The notes under the pieces: model-generated | The model's input: only the letters and a program-made list of their open reading frames with translations | Told to the model about the DNA's origin: nothing | The model's database searches: none | Position numbers and translations under genes: made by a program | Shown: positions 1 to 9,594 of the stretch, in pieces | Layout: each line of letters begins with the position of its first letter | Numbering within the stretch: the stretch's first letter is position 1 | Assembly (NCBI GenBank): GCA_002352345.1 | Contig: DEIG01000011.1 | Span: 46,801-110,800 of the forward strand | DNA: 64,000 bases | DNA from: Methylococcaceae bacterium UBA2780 | Lineage (GTDB): Bacteria; Pseudomonadota; Gammaproteobacteria; Methylococcales; UBA2780 | Direction of reading: 5' to 3'

Positions 1-830
1 TGATTGCTGATGAAAAGGACTTTCATCTCTGCGAAGTTACCGATGCAGATATCTATTTCAAGCTACCCGAAAGCTTTAAAAAAGGCTGCACGAAGTACAT
101 TAGTCTGCTACTAGAAAATCCCCGGTTAATTCCATGGTTCCCAGCGGTGCTTATTGGAAAAGACTACCTAGAGGCCGTCAAAGTTCTTCAACAGGTGAAA
201 CCTAAAAGGATCGTTAGTAATAACACCGGTATCGCCTATAAAGCCGTTGAACTTGGCATTGATTGGATTGCGGGGCCATTTTTAAACACCACAAACTCGT
301 ATGCATTACTAACACTGAAAGAAGAGCTCAACTGCTCAGGCGCTTTTATTTCTAACGAGATAAATCGAATGCAAATCAAGAATATCGCGCGCCCTGAGAA
401 CTTTAAGCTTCTATACAGTATCTATCACCCTATTTTGATGATGACAAGCCGCCAGTGCTTCTTCCAACAGACCGTTGGCTGTAAAAAACCAAGCATTGAA
501 GATGGCTGCATGTTGAAATGTGAGAAGGCGACGACCATCACCAACATCAAAGGTATTTCATTTGCCATTGATAAGCAGAAAGGCGGCTACCCAAGCATCT
601 ATAATGACGAGCAATTTCTCAACACAGAAGCAATCAACGACCTTTCTGACCTGTTTGATGAATTCTTTATCGATTTAACCAATATTGGCGCCGGCTCTAA
701 AGCCGAACAAGACAAGGAACAGCTTATTCATCATTTTGAAGCAATCATCAGTGGCTGTGACAAAGCCAAAGATAAACTTAAACAGCTGATCCCCTCCTCT
801 ACAAACGCACAGTACCAACAAGGCTTATAA
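1..830 (+). CDS. Peptidase U32 family protein, C-terminal part (5' end outside window)
   Basis: Frame 3 is open from the window edge to the listed Met at 147, so the CDS enters from the left. The translated part has the general look of PrtC/YegQ-type U32 peptidases, including a Cys-rich segment (SRQCFF..GC..C..C). Family call is from memory, not a search. Confidence 0.55.
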   Translation, partial: IADEKDFHLCEVTDADIYFKLPESFKKGCTKYISLLLENPRLIPWFPAVLIGKDYLEAVKVLQQVKPKRIVSNNTGIAYKAVELGIDWIAGPFLNTTNSYALLTLKEELNCSGAFISNEINRMQIKNIARPENFKLLYSIYHPILMMTSRQCFFQQTVGCKKPSIEDGCMLKCEKATTITNIKGISFAIDKQKGGYPSIYNDEQFLNTEAINDLSDLFDEFFIDLTNIGAGSKAEQDKEQLIHHFEAIISGCDKAKDKLKQLIPSSTNAQYQQGL

Positions 831-855
831 CGCCCTCAAATCGTCACACATAAAA

Positions 856-888
856 AAGCCGCTACACTCTGCATGCAGCGGCTTTTTG
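856..888. terminator. Bidirectional rho-independent terminator (U32 gene on +, tRNA-Asp on -)
   Basis: AGCCGCT-N13-AGCGGCT hairpin flanked by an A-run on the left and a T-run on the right. It lies between the stop at 830 and tRNA-Asp. Confidence 0.7.
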
Positions 889-894
889 CAATAA

Positions 895-971
895 TGGCGG
901 ACCGGACGGGACTCGAACCCGCGACCTCCGGCGTGACAGGCCGGCATTCTAACCAGCTGAACTACCGGTCC
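895..971 (-). tRNA. tRNA-Asp (anticodon GTC)
   Basis: The reverse complement GGACCGGTAGTTCAGCTGGTTAGAATGCCGGCCTGTCACGCCGGAGGTCGCGGGTTCGAGTCCCGTCCGGTCCGCCA folds as a cloverleaf. The anticodon loop is CTGTCAC, CCA is encoded, and the sequence is close to E. coli tRNA-Asp. Confidence 0.95.
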
Positions 972-1016
972 GCAAAACTTCAAAATCTTCAACAGTTCTA
1001 CATCATAAGATGAGAA

Positions 1017-1092
1017 TGGTGGGTGAAGAGGGGATCGAACCCCCGACCCTCGCCTTGTAAGGGCGATGCTCTCCCAGCTGAGCTATTCACCC
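1017..1092 (-). tRNA. tRNA-Val (anticodon TAC)
   Basis: The reverse complement GGGTGAATAGCTCAGCTGGGAGAGCATCGCCCTTACAAGGCGAGGGTCGGGGGTTCGATCCCCTCTTCACCCACCA has the anticodon loop CTTACAA and an encoded CCA. Confidence 0.95.
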
Positions 1093-1123
1093 AATTGCAA
1101 AAAAGATAAATCAAAACACTTTC

Positions 1124-1158
1124 AATAAAAAAGCAGATAGAACTAGCATCTATCTGCT
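1124..1158 (-). terminator. Rho-independent terminator downstream of tRNA-Arg
   Basis: On the minus strand, AGCAGATAGA-tgctagt-TCTATCTGCT is followed by TTTTTTA. Confidence 0.6.
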
Positions 1159-1167
1159 TCTAAAATA

Positions 1168-1244
1168 TGGCGCGCCTGGAGAGATTCGAACTCCCGACCG
1201 CTCGGTTCGTAGCCGAGTACTCTATCCAGCTGAGCTACAGGCGC
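1168..1244 (-). tRNA. tRNA-Arg (anticodon ACG)
   Basis: The reverse complement GCGCCTGTAGCTCAGCTGGATAGAGTACTCGGCTACGAACCGAGCGGTCGGGAGTTCGAATCTCTCCAGGCGCGCCA has the anticodon loop CTACGAA and an encoded CCA. Confidence 0.95.
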
Positions 1245-1259
1245 TTAAAGCGATTCGGC

Positions 1260-1287
1260 ATTATAGACTCTATACATATTGAGTCAA
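1260..1287 (-). promoter_or_regulatory. Sigma-70 promoter for tRNA-Arg
   Basis: On the minus strand, TTGACT (1287-1282), a 16-nt spacer and TATAAT (1265-1260). The -10 element ends 15 nt upstream of the mature tRNA-Arg 5' end. Confidence 0.6.
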
Positions 1288-1302
1288 GCCAATTTATTAT
1301 AA

Positions 1303-1321
1303 TGGCGGAGAGCGAGGGATT
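1303..1321 (-). repeat. Duplicated 3' end of tRNA-Ser (19-nt direct repeat of 1480-1498)
   Basis: TGGCGGAGAGCGAGGGATT on the + strand is identical at 1303-1321 and 1480-1498. The second copy is the real tRNA-Ser 3' end. No matching 5' acceptor half (GGAGAGC) exists for the first copy. Confidence 0.85.
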
Positions 1322-1445
1322 ATTCAGGGCTTCCTGCCCTTCACCCCTATGGGGTTCGCTTTGCTCATTCAAAATTGCTCCGGGCAATTTTGTCGAACCG
1401 ACCATTTTAATATCGAGGATTCAAGTCCACGTTCTATCAAATATT

Positions 1446-1472
1446 AAAAAAGCCTAAAATTCAGGCTTTTTT
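1446..1472 (-). terminator. Rho-independent terminator downstream of tRNA-Ser
   Basis: AAAAAAGCCT-aaaattc-AGGCTTTTTT is a symmetric hairpin with U-runs on both strands, immediately 3' of tRNA-Ser on the minus strand. Confidence 0.7.
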
Positions 1473-1479
1473 AAATATT

Positions 1480-1571
1480 TGGCGGAGAGCGAGGGATTCG
1501 AACCCTCGATGGGAGTTAAAGCCCATACTCCCTTAGCAGGGGAGCGCCTTCAGCCGCTCGGCCAGCTCTCC
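1480..1571 (-). tRNA. tRNA-Ser (anticodon GCT)
   Basis: The reverse complement GGAGAGCTGGCCGAGCGGCTGAAGGCGCTCCCCTGCTAAGGGAGTATGGGCTTTAACTCCCATCGAGGGTTCGAATCCCTCGCTCTCCGCCA has a long variable arm, the anticodon loop CTGCTAA and an encoded CCA. Confidence 0.95.
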
Positions 1572-1617
1572 AAATTACTCGGATTTAAAGAAGATACGTT
1601 AATTAAGCAAAATGTAA

Positions 1618-1812
1618 TTAATCTTCGGCTGATGCTTCGCCTTCAGCCTCTTCTTTTTTGATTCTGTCGTAAATTTCTTCACGGTGAACCGAAACTTCTT
1701 TTGGTGCATTAACACCAATTCTTACTTGGTTTCCTTTGACGCCTAATACAGTGACCGTTACTTCATCACCAATCATCAAAGTCTCACCAACTCTTCTTGT
1801 TAAAATAAGCAT
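1618..1812 (-). CDS. csrA: Carbon storage regulator CsrA/RsmA
   Basis: The 64-aa product [48 protein letters not shown] is a near-textbook CsrA sequence. It is followed by tRNA-Ser, as in many gammaproteobacteria. Confidence 0.97.
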   Translation of the reverse strand: MLILTRRVGETLMIGDEVTVTVLGVKGNQVRIGVNAPKEVSVHREEIYDRIKKEEAEGEASAED

Positions 1813-1952
1813 ATTAACTCCTTTCCATTAAACCCATTCCTTTCATGCTTCACCTCTATACTGAGGCATAAACAACATGGGCTAAACCAACCATAAGTTC
1901 GGGCGCTATTGTATCAACCGCAACCAACTAACTAAAGCGCAATAGCACTATA

Positions 1953-3179
1953 TTAGTCACTTTTTTCCTCATTCAGTTCAAATACGTCATGAAGAGTGCG
2001 AACCGCAAGTTCCAGATACTTTTCATCGACAACAACAGAGATTTTAATCTCAGATGTTGAGATCATCCGTATATTAATCCCCTCTTTTCCAAGTGCCTCA
2101 AACATCGTATTAGCAATCCCAGCATGCGAACGCATTCCTACGCCAACTAGAGATACTTTTACAATCTTATCATCACCAACAACCTCTCTAGCGCCCAGCT
2201 CATCGCAAGTATTTTGCAAGATAGAAGAGGCTTTTTCATAGTCGTTACGATGAACCGTAAAGGTAAAGTCGGTCTTATCATCACCTGCAATATTCTGAAT
2301 AATCATATCGATTTCGATATTTGCACCGGCAATCGGCCCTAGAATCTGAGTTGCCACACCCGGCTCATCGGGAACACCCGCGATGGTCAACTTTGCCTCA
2401 TCTCGGTTGAAGGCGATACCGGATATTAAAACACTTTCCATTCCTGCTTCCTCATAAGTAATCAACGTTCCCTCACCCTCTTCAAAGGTTGAAAGCACGC
2501 GCAATGGGACATTATATTTTCCTGCGAATTCGACCGAACGTATCTGCAAGATCTTAGAGCCAAGACTGGCCATTTCCAACATCTCTTCAAAAGTGATGCG
2601 GCTTAACCGTTTCGCATTAGGTTCAACACGTGGGTCAGTTGTGTAAACACCATCCACATCGGTATAAATCTGACATTCATCTGCCTTAAGGGCTGCGGCT
2701 AAAGCGACAGCTGTGGTATCAGAGCCACCCCGCCCAAGCGTTGTAATACAACCATGCTCATCCACGCCCTGGAATCCAGCAACAACTACAACCTTTCCCA
2801 TCTCAAGCTCTTTATTGATTTTATCTGAGTCAATATTGAGTATTCTTGCCTTCGAATGAGAACTATCCGTGAGGATTTTCACCTGCCCACCGGTATAAGA
2901 GCGCGCCGGACAACCAAGCCCCTCAAGCGCCATGCAAAGCAGAGAGATCGTAACTTGCTCGCCTGTTGAGAGCAGAACGTCCATCTCTCTAAGCGAGGGA
3001 GAACTCTGCATCTCTTTTGCTAAAGCTGTCATTCGGTTGGTCTCACCACTCATTGCTGAAACCACGACGACGATATCATCACCTTGATCACGCGCTTTTT
3101 TGACCTTTTCAGCGACATGCTTGATCCGCTCAGCAGTCCCTACCGAAGTACCACCATATTTGTGTACGTATAGTGCCAT
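1953..3179 (-). CDS. lysC: Aspartate kinase
   Basis: 408 aa with the N-terminal KYGGTSVG kinase motif and a C-terminal region resembling tandem ACT domains. It lies 29 nt downstream of alaS. Confidence 0.93.
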   Translation of the reverse strand: MALYVHKYGGTSVGTAERIKHVAEKVKKARDQGDDIVVVVSAMSGETNRMTALAKEMQSSPSLREMDVLLSTGEQVTISLLCMALEGLGCPARSYTGGQVKILTDSSHSKARILNIDSDKINKELEMGKVVVVAGFQGVDEHGCITTLGRGGSDTTAVALAAALKADECQIYTDVDGVYTTDPRVEPNAKRLSRITFEEMLEMASLGSKILQIRSVEFAGKYNVPLRVLSTFEEGEGTLITYEEAGMESVLISGIAFNRDEAKLTIAGVPDEPGVATQILGPIAGANIEIDMIIQNIAGDDKTDFTFTVHRNDYEKASSILQNTCDELGAREVVGDDKIVKVSLVGVGMRSHAGIANTMFEALGKEGINIRMISTSEIKISVVVDEKYLELAVRTLHDVFELNEEKSD

Positions 3180-3208
3180 ATTAAAAACAGTTAATAATTA
3201 CAATAAAT

Positions 3209-5818
3209 TCAAGAGAGCTGTGCTCCAACCCACTCTGGAACAGCCTTTAAAGCCGCATCAAGTCCAGCAGGATCATTACCACCTGCCATCGCCATATCGG
3301 GTCGGCCACCGCCTTTTCCACCCACTTTTGAAGCAACAGAGTTCACCAAATCACCCGCCTTCAGGTCACCAACTCTATCTTTTGTGACCCCCGCAACCAG
3401 GCTAACACGCCCCTCTTTGACCATGGCCAGCACAATAGCTGCGCTACCTAGCTTATTTTTAAGCTGATCGACCATATCTCTAAGCGCTTTGGGGTCTCCC
3501 TCTTCAATTTTTGCAGCCAAGACCTTAAGTCCTTCGACCTCTATTGCTTGAGATGTTAGATCACCACCTGCCTGACTTGCCAATTTTGAACGTAGTCGCT
3601 CTAACTCTTTTTCCAACGCTCGATTTTTATCGATCAATTGGGTCGCTTTGCTTTCGAGGTTAGCTCTGTTTCCTTTCAAGCTTTCTGAAATGCTTTTCAG
3701 CAATTTCTCATTTTCTTCCGCATCACAGATTGCAGCCTCGCCCGTAAGCGCTTCGATACGGCGCACACCTGATGCCACTCCAGCTTCTGTCGAAATCCTG
3801 AAGTAGCCAATATCACCCGCACGCTCAACGTGCGTTCCACCGCATAACTCTGTAGAAAAATCACCAATTCTTAGAACACGAACCTCATCACCATACTTCT
3901 CACCAAATAGCGCCATTGCGCCTGCAGCCAATGCCTGCTCTTTTGACATTAGGTCTGATGATACGGGGCGATTGAGCCTGATCTGTTCGTTAACTAGGCG
4001 CTCAACCTGCTCAAGTTGCTCTTCGGTTACAGGCTCAAAATGAGAAAAATCGAAACGAAGCCTCTCTTCGTTCACTAACGAACCTTTCTGCGCGACATGA
4101 TCACCAAGAATAGAGCGTAGTGCCGCATGCAATAGATGAGTAGCCGAGTGGTTTAATTCCGTTTTCTCCCGCAACTCATAATTTACAACGGCCGTGCAGC
4201 TGTCACCGACAGACAGCTCACCTTTTTTAACCACGCCTTGATGTAAAAAGGTATGACCATTTTGTTTGCGGGTATCTTCAACATCAAAGCAGAAGCTATC
4301 GGCTGTTATTTCCCCTCGATCACCTGCTTGACCGCCCGATTCAGCATAAAAAGGGGTTTTATCAAGAACAATAATCCCCTGATCTCCAGCACAAAGGGAC
4401 TCAACTTGCTGCCCCTCTTTAGCGAGCGCAACGATAACCGCATCGCCTTTAACTGCCTCATAACCGGTAAATTCGCTTTCCGCATCCAGCACAAGATCGT
4501 GATAATGGTCCTCACCAAAATGGCTTGCTGCTCGCGCCCTTTCTCGCTGAGCTTCCATCGCTGTTTCAAAGCCATCGTGATCTATTGTCAGATCGTGCTC
4601 TCTTGCGAAATCAGCCGTCAAATCTGCAGGAAAACCAAATGTGTCATAAAGTTGAAAAACAGTTTCCCCTGGAATCACCTTCCCATCCAGCTCTTTCACA
4701 CAGGCTTCGAGGAGCTTCATCCCCTGCTCTAATGTTTCTGAGAAACGCTCTTCCTCTTTTTTTAGTACCCGTTCAACGAGCTGTTGCGCTGCTGGCAGTT
4801 CTGGGAAAGCCTCCCCCATCTCATCACACAATGGAGCAACCAATTTGTAGAAAAAGTTATCTTTAATCCCAAGCATATAGCCGTGACGCAATGCCCGGCG
4901 GATTATTCGCCTTAGCACATAGCCTCTCCCCTCATTTGAAGGAGATACACCATCCACCACAAGAAAAGCACACGACCGAATATGGTCTGCAATCACACGC
5001 AATGAGCTATTGCTTAGATCCGTTATTGACGCCTCTTTCGCTGCTGTTTTAATCAGCTTTTCGAACAGGTCGATTTCGTAGTTATTATGGACACCCTGCA
5101 AGATTGCCGCGAGCCTTTCCAGACCCATTCCTGTATCAACCGAAGGGTGCGGCAAAGGATTTAACGTTCCATCTGCAGCGCGGTCATACTGCATAAAAAC
5201 AAGGTTCCAAATTTCGATATAGCGATCACCATCTTCATCCGGGCTGCCTGGAGGTCCACCGAAAATAGCTTCTCCATGATCGTAAAAGATCTCTGAACAG
5301 GGGCCACAAGGACCTGTATCACCCATCGACCAAAAATTGTCTTTTGCGCCAATTCTTGAAAAACGAGCGGGATCAATCCCAATCTCATCTAACCAGATTC
5401 TTTCGGCTTCACTGTCCTCTTCAAAAACCGTGACCCAAAGCTTCTCAGCGGGCAAGCCAATCTCTTCGGTTAAAAATTTCCAGCCGTATTGAATCGCTTC
5501 ACGTTTAAAATAATCACCGAAGCTGAAATTGCCAAGCATTTCAAAAAAAGTGTGATGTCGGGCAGTATAACCGACGTTCTCAAGGTCATTATGCTTTCCG
5601 CCTGCTCGCACGCAACGCTGTGATGTTGTTGCTCTCTTGTAAGGCCGCGTATCTCGACCAAGAAAAACATCTTTAAACTGAACCATTCCGGCATTCGTAA
5701 ACAGCAGCGTTGGATCATCAGCTGGCACAAGCGAGCCTGATGCAACCACCTCATGCCCCTGCTGTTTAAAAAACTCCAAAAATCTCGCTCGCAATTCTGC
5801 GCCGCTCATTTTGATCAT
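3209..5818 (-). CDS. alaS: Alanine--tRNA ligase
   Basis: 869 aa with class II AlaRS motifs ([18 protein letters not shown]), editing-domain HSATHLLH and CGGTH motifs, and a C-terminal DHHA1-like tail. Confidence 0.97.
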   Translation of the reverse strand: MIKMSGAELRARFLEFFKQQGHEVVASGSLVPADDPTLLFTNAGMVQFKDVFLGRDTRPYKRATTSQRCVRAGGKHNDLENVGYTARHHTFFEMLGNFSFGDYFKREAIQYGWKFLTEEIGLPAEKLWVTVFEEDSEAERIWLDEIGIDPARFSRIGAKDNFWSMGDTGPCGPCSEIFYDHGEAIFGGPPGSPDEDGDRYIEIWNLVFMQYDRAADGTLNPLPHPSVDTGMGLERLAAILQGVHNNYEIDLFEKLIKTAAKEASITDLSNSSLRVIADHIRSCAFLVVDGVSPSNEGRGYVLRRIIRRALRHGYMLGIKDNFFYKLVAPLCDEMGEAFPELPAAQQLVERVLKKEEERFSETLEQGMKLLEACVKELDGKVIPGETVFQLYDTFGFPADLTADFAREHDLTIDHDGFETAMEAQRERARAASHFGEDHYHDLVLDAESEFTGYEAVKGDAVIVALAKEGQQVESLCAGDQGIIVLDKTPFYAESGGQAGDRGEITADSFCFDVEDTRKQNGHTFLHQGVVKKGELSVGDSCTAVVNYELREKTELNHSATHLLHAALRSILGDHVAQKGSLVNEERLRFDFSHFEPVTEEQLEQVERLVNEQIRLNRPVSSDLMSKEQALAAGAMALFGEKYGDEVRVLRIGDFSTELCGGTHVERAGDIGYFRISTEAGVASGVRRIEALTGEAAICDAEENEKLLKSISESLKGNRANLESKATQLIDKNRALEKELERLRSKLASQAGGDLTSQAIEVEGLKVLAAKIEEGDPKALRDMVDQLKNKLGSAAIVLAMVKEGRVSLVAGVTKDRVGDLKAGDLVNSVASKVGGKGGGRPDMAMAGGNDPAGLDAALKAVPEWVGAQLS

Positions 5819-6255
5819 AACGACCGTCTCTTTTGATTCTCTGTTTTTAATATTGAGAACAGATTCTTAATCTGATCTGCTGTAAAACCTCTATGTTGCA
5901 AAAAGCGATTTTGCTTGGCGAATTCTTTAAAATCCCCATCAAACTGCTCACCATATTTGCTCACATAAACCTTCCGGATTAAGCCGCTCCATTCATCGCC
6001 CATCTCTTCAATGATCGAATCTAAATCGAACGACTCAACGCCTCTTTCTCGCAGTTCATAACGAATACGAACCGGTCCATAACCCTTATTTATTCTCGCC
6101 CGGCTATAGCTTTCCGCAAACCGCTCTTCACTTTGCAAGCCTTCTGCTGTTAAAGCCTCTATCACCACCCTGCATTGCTCGGAAGAAAAGTGCCTTAATT
6201 CCAATTTTCGCCGAAGTTCTTGCTGGCTATGCTCTCGCCGAACAAGAAGCCGCAT
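5815..6255 (-). CDS. recX: Recombination regulator RecX
   Basis: 146-aa helical-repeat protein located 50 nt downstream of recA. Its stop overlaps the alaS start (ATGA). Confidence 0.85.
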   Translation of the reverse strand: MRLLVRREHSQQELRRKLELRHFSSEQCRVVIEALTAEGLQSEERFAESYSRARINKGYGPVRIRYELRERGVESFDLDSIIEEMGDEWSGLIRKVYVSKYGEQFDGDFKEFAKQNRFLQHRGFTADQIKNLFSILKTENQKRRSL

Positions 6256-6305
6256 ACAAACCTCTCGAATATCGGCTTGCTCTTGCGCTTGATCTATCAG
6301 CTTTC

Positions 6306-7319
6306 TCAGCCCTCTTCAGGCTTTTCAACAGAGCCACTTAAATACTTTTCTCGAATCGCCGTTTCAATCTCATCAGCAATTTCAGGGTTTTCTTTTAAGT
6401 ACTTTTTGACGTTATCTTTGCCTTGGCCGATCCGATCCTTGCCGTAGCTATACCATGAGCCGGCCTTGTCGATCAGCCCTGCAGAGACGCCCAGATCAAT
6501 CAGCTCTCCTTCGTGGGAAACACCTTCACCATAAATAATTTCAAACAATGCCTGTTTGAAAGGAGGAGCAACCTTATTCTTGACCACTTTCACACGTGTC
6601 TCATTACCGAGAATCTCATCACCCTTTTTGATCGCACCGATTCGGCGAATATCAAGACGAACAGATGAGTAGAACTTCAACGCATTACCACCCGTTGTTG
6701 TTTCTGGATTCCCAAACATCACGCCAATTTTCATCCGCAGTTGGTTAATAAAAATAACCAACGTGTTTGATCTTTTTATATTTGCTGTCAGTTTACGCAA
6801 CGCCTGAGACATCAATCTCGCCTGAAGCCCCATATGAGAATCACCCATATCGCCTTCAATTTCAGCTTTAGGCGTTAACGCAGCAACCGAATCAACGACA
6901 ACAACATCAACAGCACCTGATCTAACCAACATATCGGTTATTTCTAGTGCCTGCTCGCCTGTATCCGGCTGTGAAATCAAAAGATCATCAAGATTAACCC
7001 CAATCTTCTCTGCATAAACAGGATCAAGCGCATGCTCCGCATCAACAAAAGCGCACGTTCCCTCTTTTTTCTGAGCTTGAGCGATCACTTCCAACGTCAA
7101 AGTTGTTTTACCCGAAGACTCAGGTCCATATATCTCAACGATTCGCCCTTTAGGCAGACCACCCACACCCAATGCGATATCCAAAGTGAGCGACCCAGTC
7201 GGGTAGACTTCCATATCTTCATGGCTAATATCACCCATACGCATTACCGAGCCTTTACCAAACTGCTTCTCGATCTGCATGAGCGCTGCGCCCAGTGCCT
7301 TCTTTTTATTGTCGTCCAT
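6306..7319 (-). CDS. recA: Recombinase RecA
   Basis: 337 aa with Walker [10 protein letters not shown] and highly conserved RecA core sequence throughout. Confidence 0.98.
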   Translation of the reverse strand: MDDNKKKALGAALMQIEKQFGKGSVMRMGDISHEDMEVYPTGSLTLDIALGVGGLPKGRIVEIYGPESSGKTTLTLEVIAQAQKKEGTCAFVDAEHALDPVYAEKIGVNLDDLLISQPDTGEQALEITDMLVRSGAVDVVVVDSVAALTPKAEIEGDMGDSHMGLQARLMSQALRKLTANIKRSNTLVIFINQLRMKIGVMFGNPETTTGGNALKFYSSVRLDIRRIGAIKKGDEILGNETRVKVVKNKVAPPFKQALFEIIYGEGVSHEGELIDLGVSAGLIDKAGSWYSYGKDRIGQGKDNVKKYLKENPEIADEIETAIREKYLSGSVEKPEEG

Positions 7320-7438
7320 TAATTGTCCCGTGGATGAATCAGATTAAAACTACATAAGCGAAGCATTATCACATAGAGAGGGGATCAAGCCCAGCCTGAA
7401 ACCTTTATAAAAACACGGCATTAGTGGGCTAAACAAAC

Positions 7439-8443
7439 CTACTCATCCAGCAGCTTAGCAAGCTCCTCACCCGCTTGAGGAGCCAACACTGCTTCAACCG
7501 GCACAAACCACTCCCGTCCTGTCGCGAACAACTTGCATTTAACGGCATCTTTCTCCGTCATCAAAACAACTGTCTCGCGTGAAAAATCAAAATCTGCTTT
7601 CGAAAACTGATGGTGATCAGGAAATGAACACGACTCAAACTCCAGACCATTACTCTTAAGGTGATCGAAAAAACGACCAGGGTTCCCAATACCGGCAAGC
7701 GCAACAATTGGGACCCTATCAAAACCAAAGCTACGAAGTTTTCTGGTTATCAGGCCATCCTTAAGATTGACTGCAATTTGGCCCTCTAGCCGCATTCCTA
7801 CTTCGCCCTCTAATGGCGAGCCATTGGTTACAACCATATCAATCGAATTAAGCCTGCTGGCCGGCTCACGCAAAGGGCCTGCTGGCAAGCAAAAACCATT
7901 ACCCAGACGACGCGTACCATCAAGAACTGCAATTTCAATGGTTCTTTGCAAAGCATAGTGCTGCAACCCATCATCAGAAATCAGAATATCGCAGTCGGTA
8001 TGCTCTAACAGAGCTCGGGCTGCACCAACGCGATCTGGCCCTACCGCCATAGGGCATTTTGTCGCTTTAGAGATGATTAGGGCCTCGTCGCCAACCGTGC
8101 GCGGATCGCTATCTGGGCGAACCTGCTGCGGCCAATTAGATGCATTTCCGCCGTATCCACGACTGATAACGCCAGGAGTGTAACCTTTACCTTTCAAATA
8201 GTTAGCCAACCATACGGTAAAGGGCGTTTTACCCGTACCGCCAACAGTGATATTGCCAACAACGATAACTGGCACAGGCAGCCGAGTGCTTTTCTTTAAA
8301 CCAATTCGATAGAGGAGGCGCCGGACTATCACAACGACATAAAAAATGGCCGTCAACGGCAGGAATAGATAGGCAATCGGTTTTTTTTCATACCAGACCG
8401 ACTGAACCCAATCAGACAGCCTGCTATTAATAGATTGACTCAT
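7439..8443 (-). CDS. lpxK: Tetraacyldisaccharide 4'-kinase
   Basis: 334 aa with an N-terminal membrane helix and the P-loop VGNITVGGTGKTP typical of LpxK. Confidence 0.9.
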   Translation of the reverse strand: MSQSINSRLSDWVQSVWYEKKPIAYLFLPLTAIFYVVVIVRRLLYRIGLKKSTRLPVPVIVVGNITVGGTGKTPFTVWLANYLKGKGYTPGVISRGYGGNASNWPQQVRPDSDPRTVGDEALIISKATKCPMAVGPDRVGAARALLEHTDCDILISDDGLQHYALQRTIEIAVLDGTRRLGNGFCLPAGPLREPASRLNSIDMVVTNGSPLEGEVGMRLEGQIAVNLKDGLITRKLRSFGFDRVPIVALAGIGNPGRFFDHLKSNGLEFESCSFPDHHQFSKADFDFSRETVVLMTEKDAVKCKLFATGREWFVPVEAVLAPQAGEELAKLLDE

Positions 8444-8470
8444 TGAAAATGAACAAGAGAAGAGATGAGG

Positions 8471-8884
8471 TTATTTTTCGGAAGAGCTGGTAGCAAAAGT
8501 GACATGAACAAAACCAATCTGACTCAGCGCATCAAGTGCAGTAATAACGGACTGATGTGATGTCTTACCATCCGCACTCACCACAACCTGTGGATCGTCA
8601 TTATCACCCGCTGCCTGACGTATGGCCTTTTTTAAGGTCTCTATATCAACATTGATAACCTGATGCTGATTTACATAAAACTGCCCTTTATCATCAATCG
8701 AAACAGTCAATGGCTCTGTGATAGTTGCCTCTTCACCGCTCGCCTCCGGCAATACAATCTGTAGCTGCGTTTCTCGATTAAACGTAGTCGTCACCATAAA
8801 AAATATCAGTAACAGAAAAACCACATCAATCATTGGCGTGATATTAATGTCTAATTTTTCCGGGATATTTTGGCGAAACTTCAT
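8471..8884 (-). CDS. ExbD/TolR family biopolymer transport protein
   Basis: 137 aa with a single N-terminal TM helix (INITPMIDVVFLLLIFFM motif). Overlaps the upstream ExbB-like gene by 4 nt. Confidence 0.85.
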   Translation of the reverse strand: MKFRQNIPEKLDINITPMIDVVFLLLIFFMVTTTFNRETQLQIVLPEASGEEATITEPLTVSIDDKGQFYVNQHQVINVDIETLKKAIRQAAGDNDDPQVVVSADGKTSHQSVITALDALSQIGFVHVTFATSSSEK

Positions 8885-9510
8885 TTTAGAGGGCCTTCAT
8901 CCGCTTCACGCTCACCATGCATCACCTCAATAAGCTTAAGCGCCTCTTCTTCCATCTTTAACACCAAGTCATTGATACGCCCTTGGAAATAACGATGAAA
9001 CATTAAACTTGGAATCGCCACAGTCAATCCGGCGGCCGTCGTCAAAAGTGCCTCTGAAATCCCCCCAGCTAAAACAGCAGGATTACCCACCCCACCAGCA
9101 ACAATTGCGGTAAAAACCTTAATCATCCCGATTACCGTTCCTAGCAGGCCCAAAAGTGGTGTAATTGAGGCGATTGTCCCCAAGCTATTCATAAATTTCT
9201 CAAGCTGATGAACCACCTGCCGGCCAGCCTCTTCAATACCCTCTTTCATCACCTCACGGCCGTGCTGCCGGTTAATCAGTCCTGCGGCTAAAATCTGGCC
9301 AAGAGGGGAGCTTGCTCTCAAAGTTCTAATATGAGCATTATCCAGCTGATTTTCCTTATAGAGATTCCAAACTTGAGGAACAAGCTGAAGCGGGATAATT
9401 TTTTTCGCATTCAACGTCCAAAAACGCTCCCCAACAATCGCCAAAGAGACAATGGAGCAGGCGATGATGGGGATCATCAACCATCCCCCAGCAAATATCA
9501 GTTCAAGCAC
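8881..9510 (-). CDS. MotA/TolQ/ExbB proton-channel family protein
   Basis: 209 aa with three TM helices and the conserved C-terminal GxxGTVxGMI / EAL.TTA.GL motifs. Confidence 0.85.
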   Translation of the reverse strand: MLELIFAGGWLMIPIIACSIVSLAIVGERFWTLNAKKIIPLQLVPQVWNLYKENQLDNAHIRTLRASSPLGQILAAGLINRQHGREVMKEGIEEAGRQVVHQLEKFMNSLGTIASITPLLGLLGTVIGMIKVFTAIVAGGVGNPAVLAGGISEALLTTAAGLTVAIPSLMFHRYFQGRINDLVLKMEEEALKLIEVMHGEREADEGPLK

Positions 9511-9594
9511 AAACTTTCACTCCTTTTAAATTCTCATTAAACCTGCTTAATCTGATTAGTGTACTTGATTTCAGGATCATTCTGGAAGCGCTCT

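Noticed and set aside
1167-1661. ORF-track entries 1167-1457 (96 aa) and 1479-1661 (60 aa) on the plus strand
   Set aside because: They run antisense through tRNA-Arg, the tRNA-Ser fragment, tRNA-Ser and the csrA 3' end. Their sequences (for example MARLERFELPTARF, MAESEGFEPS) are simply translated tRNA complements. They are not genes.
4253-4866. Plus- and minus-strand ORFs of 89-159 aa inside alaS, and similar short ORFs inside lysC, recA, mfd, htpG, ppsA and others
   Set aside because: All are nested in strongly supported conserved genes in other frames or on the opposite strand. They have no family resemblance.
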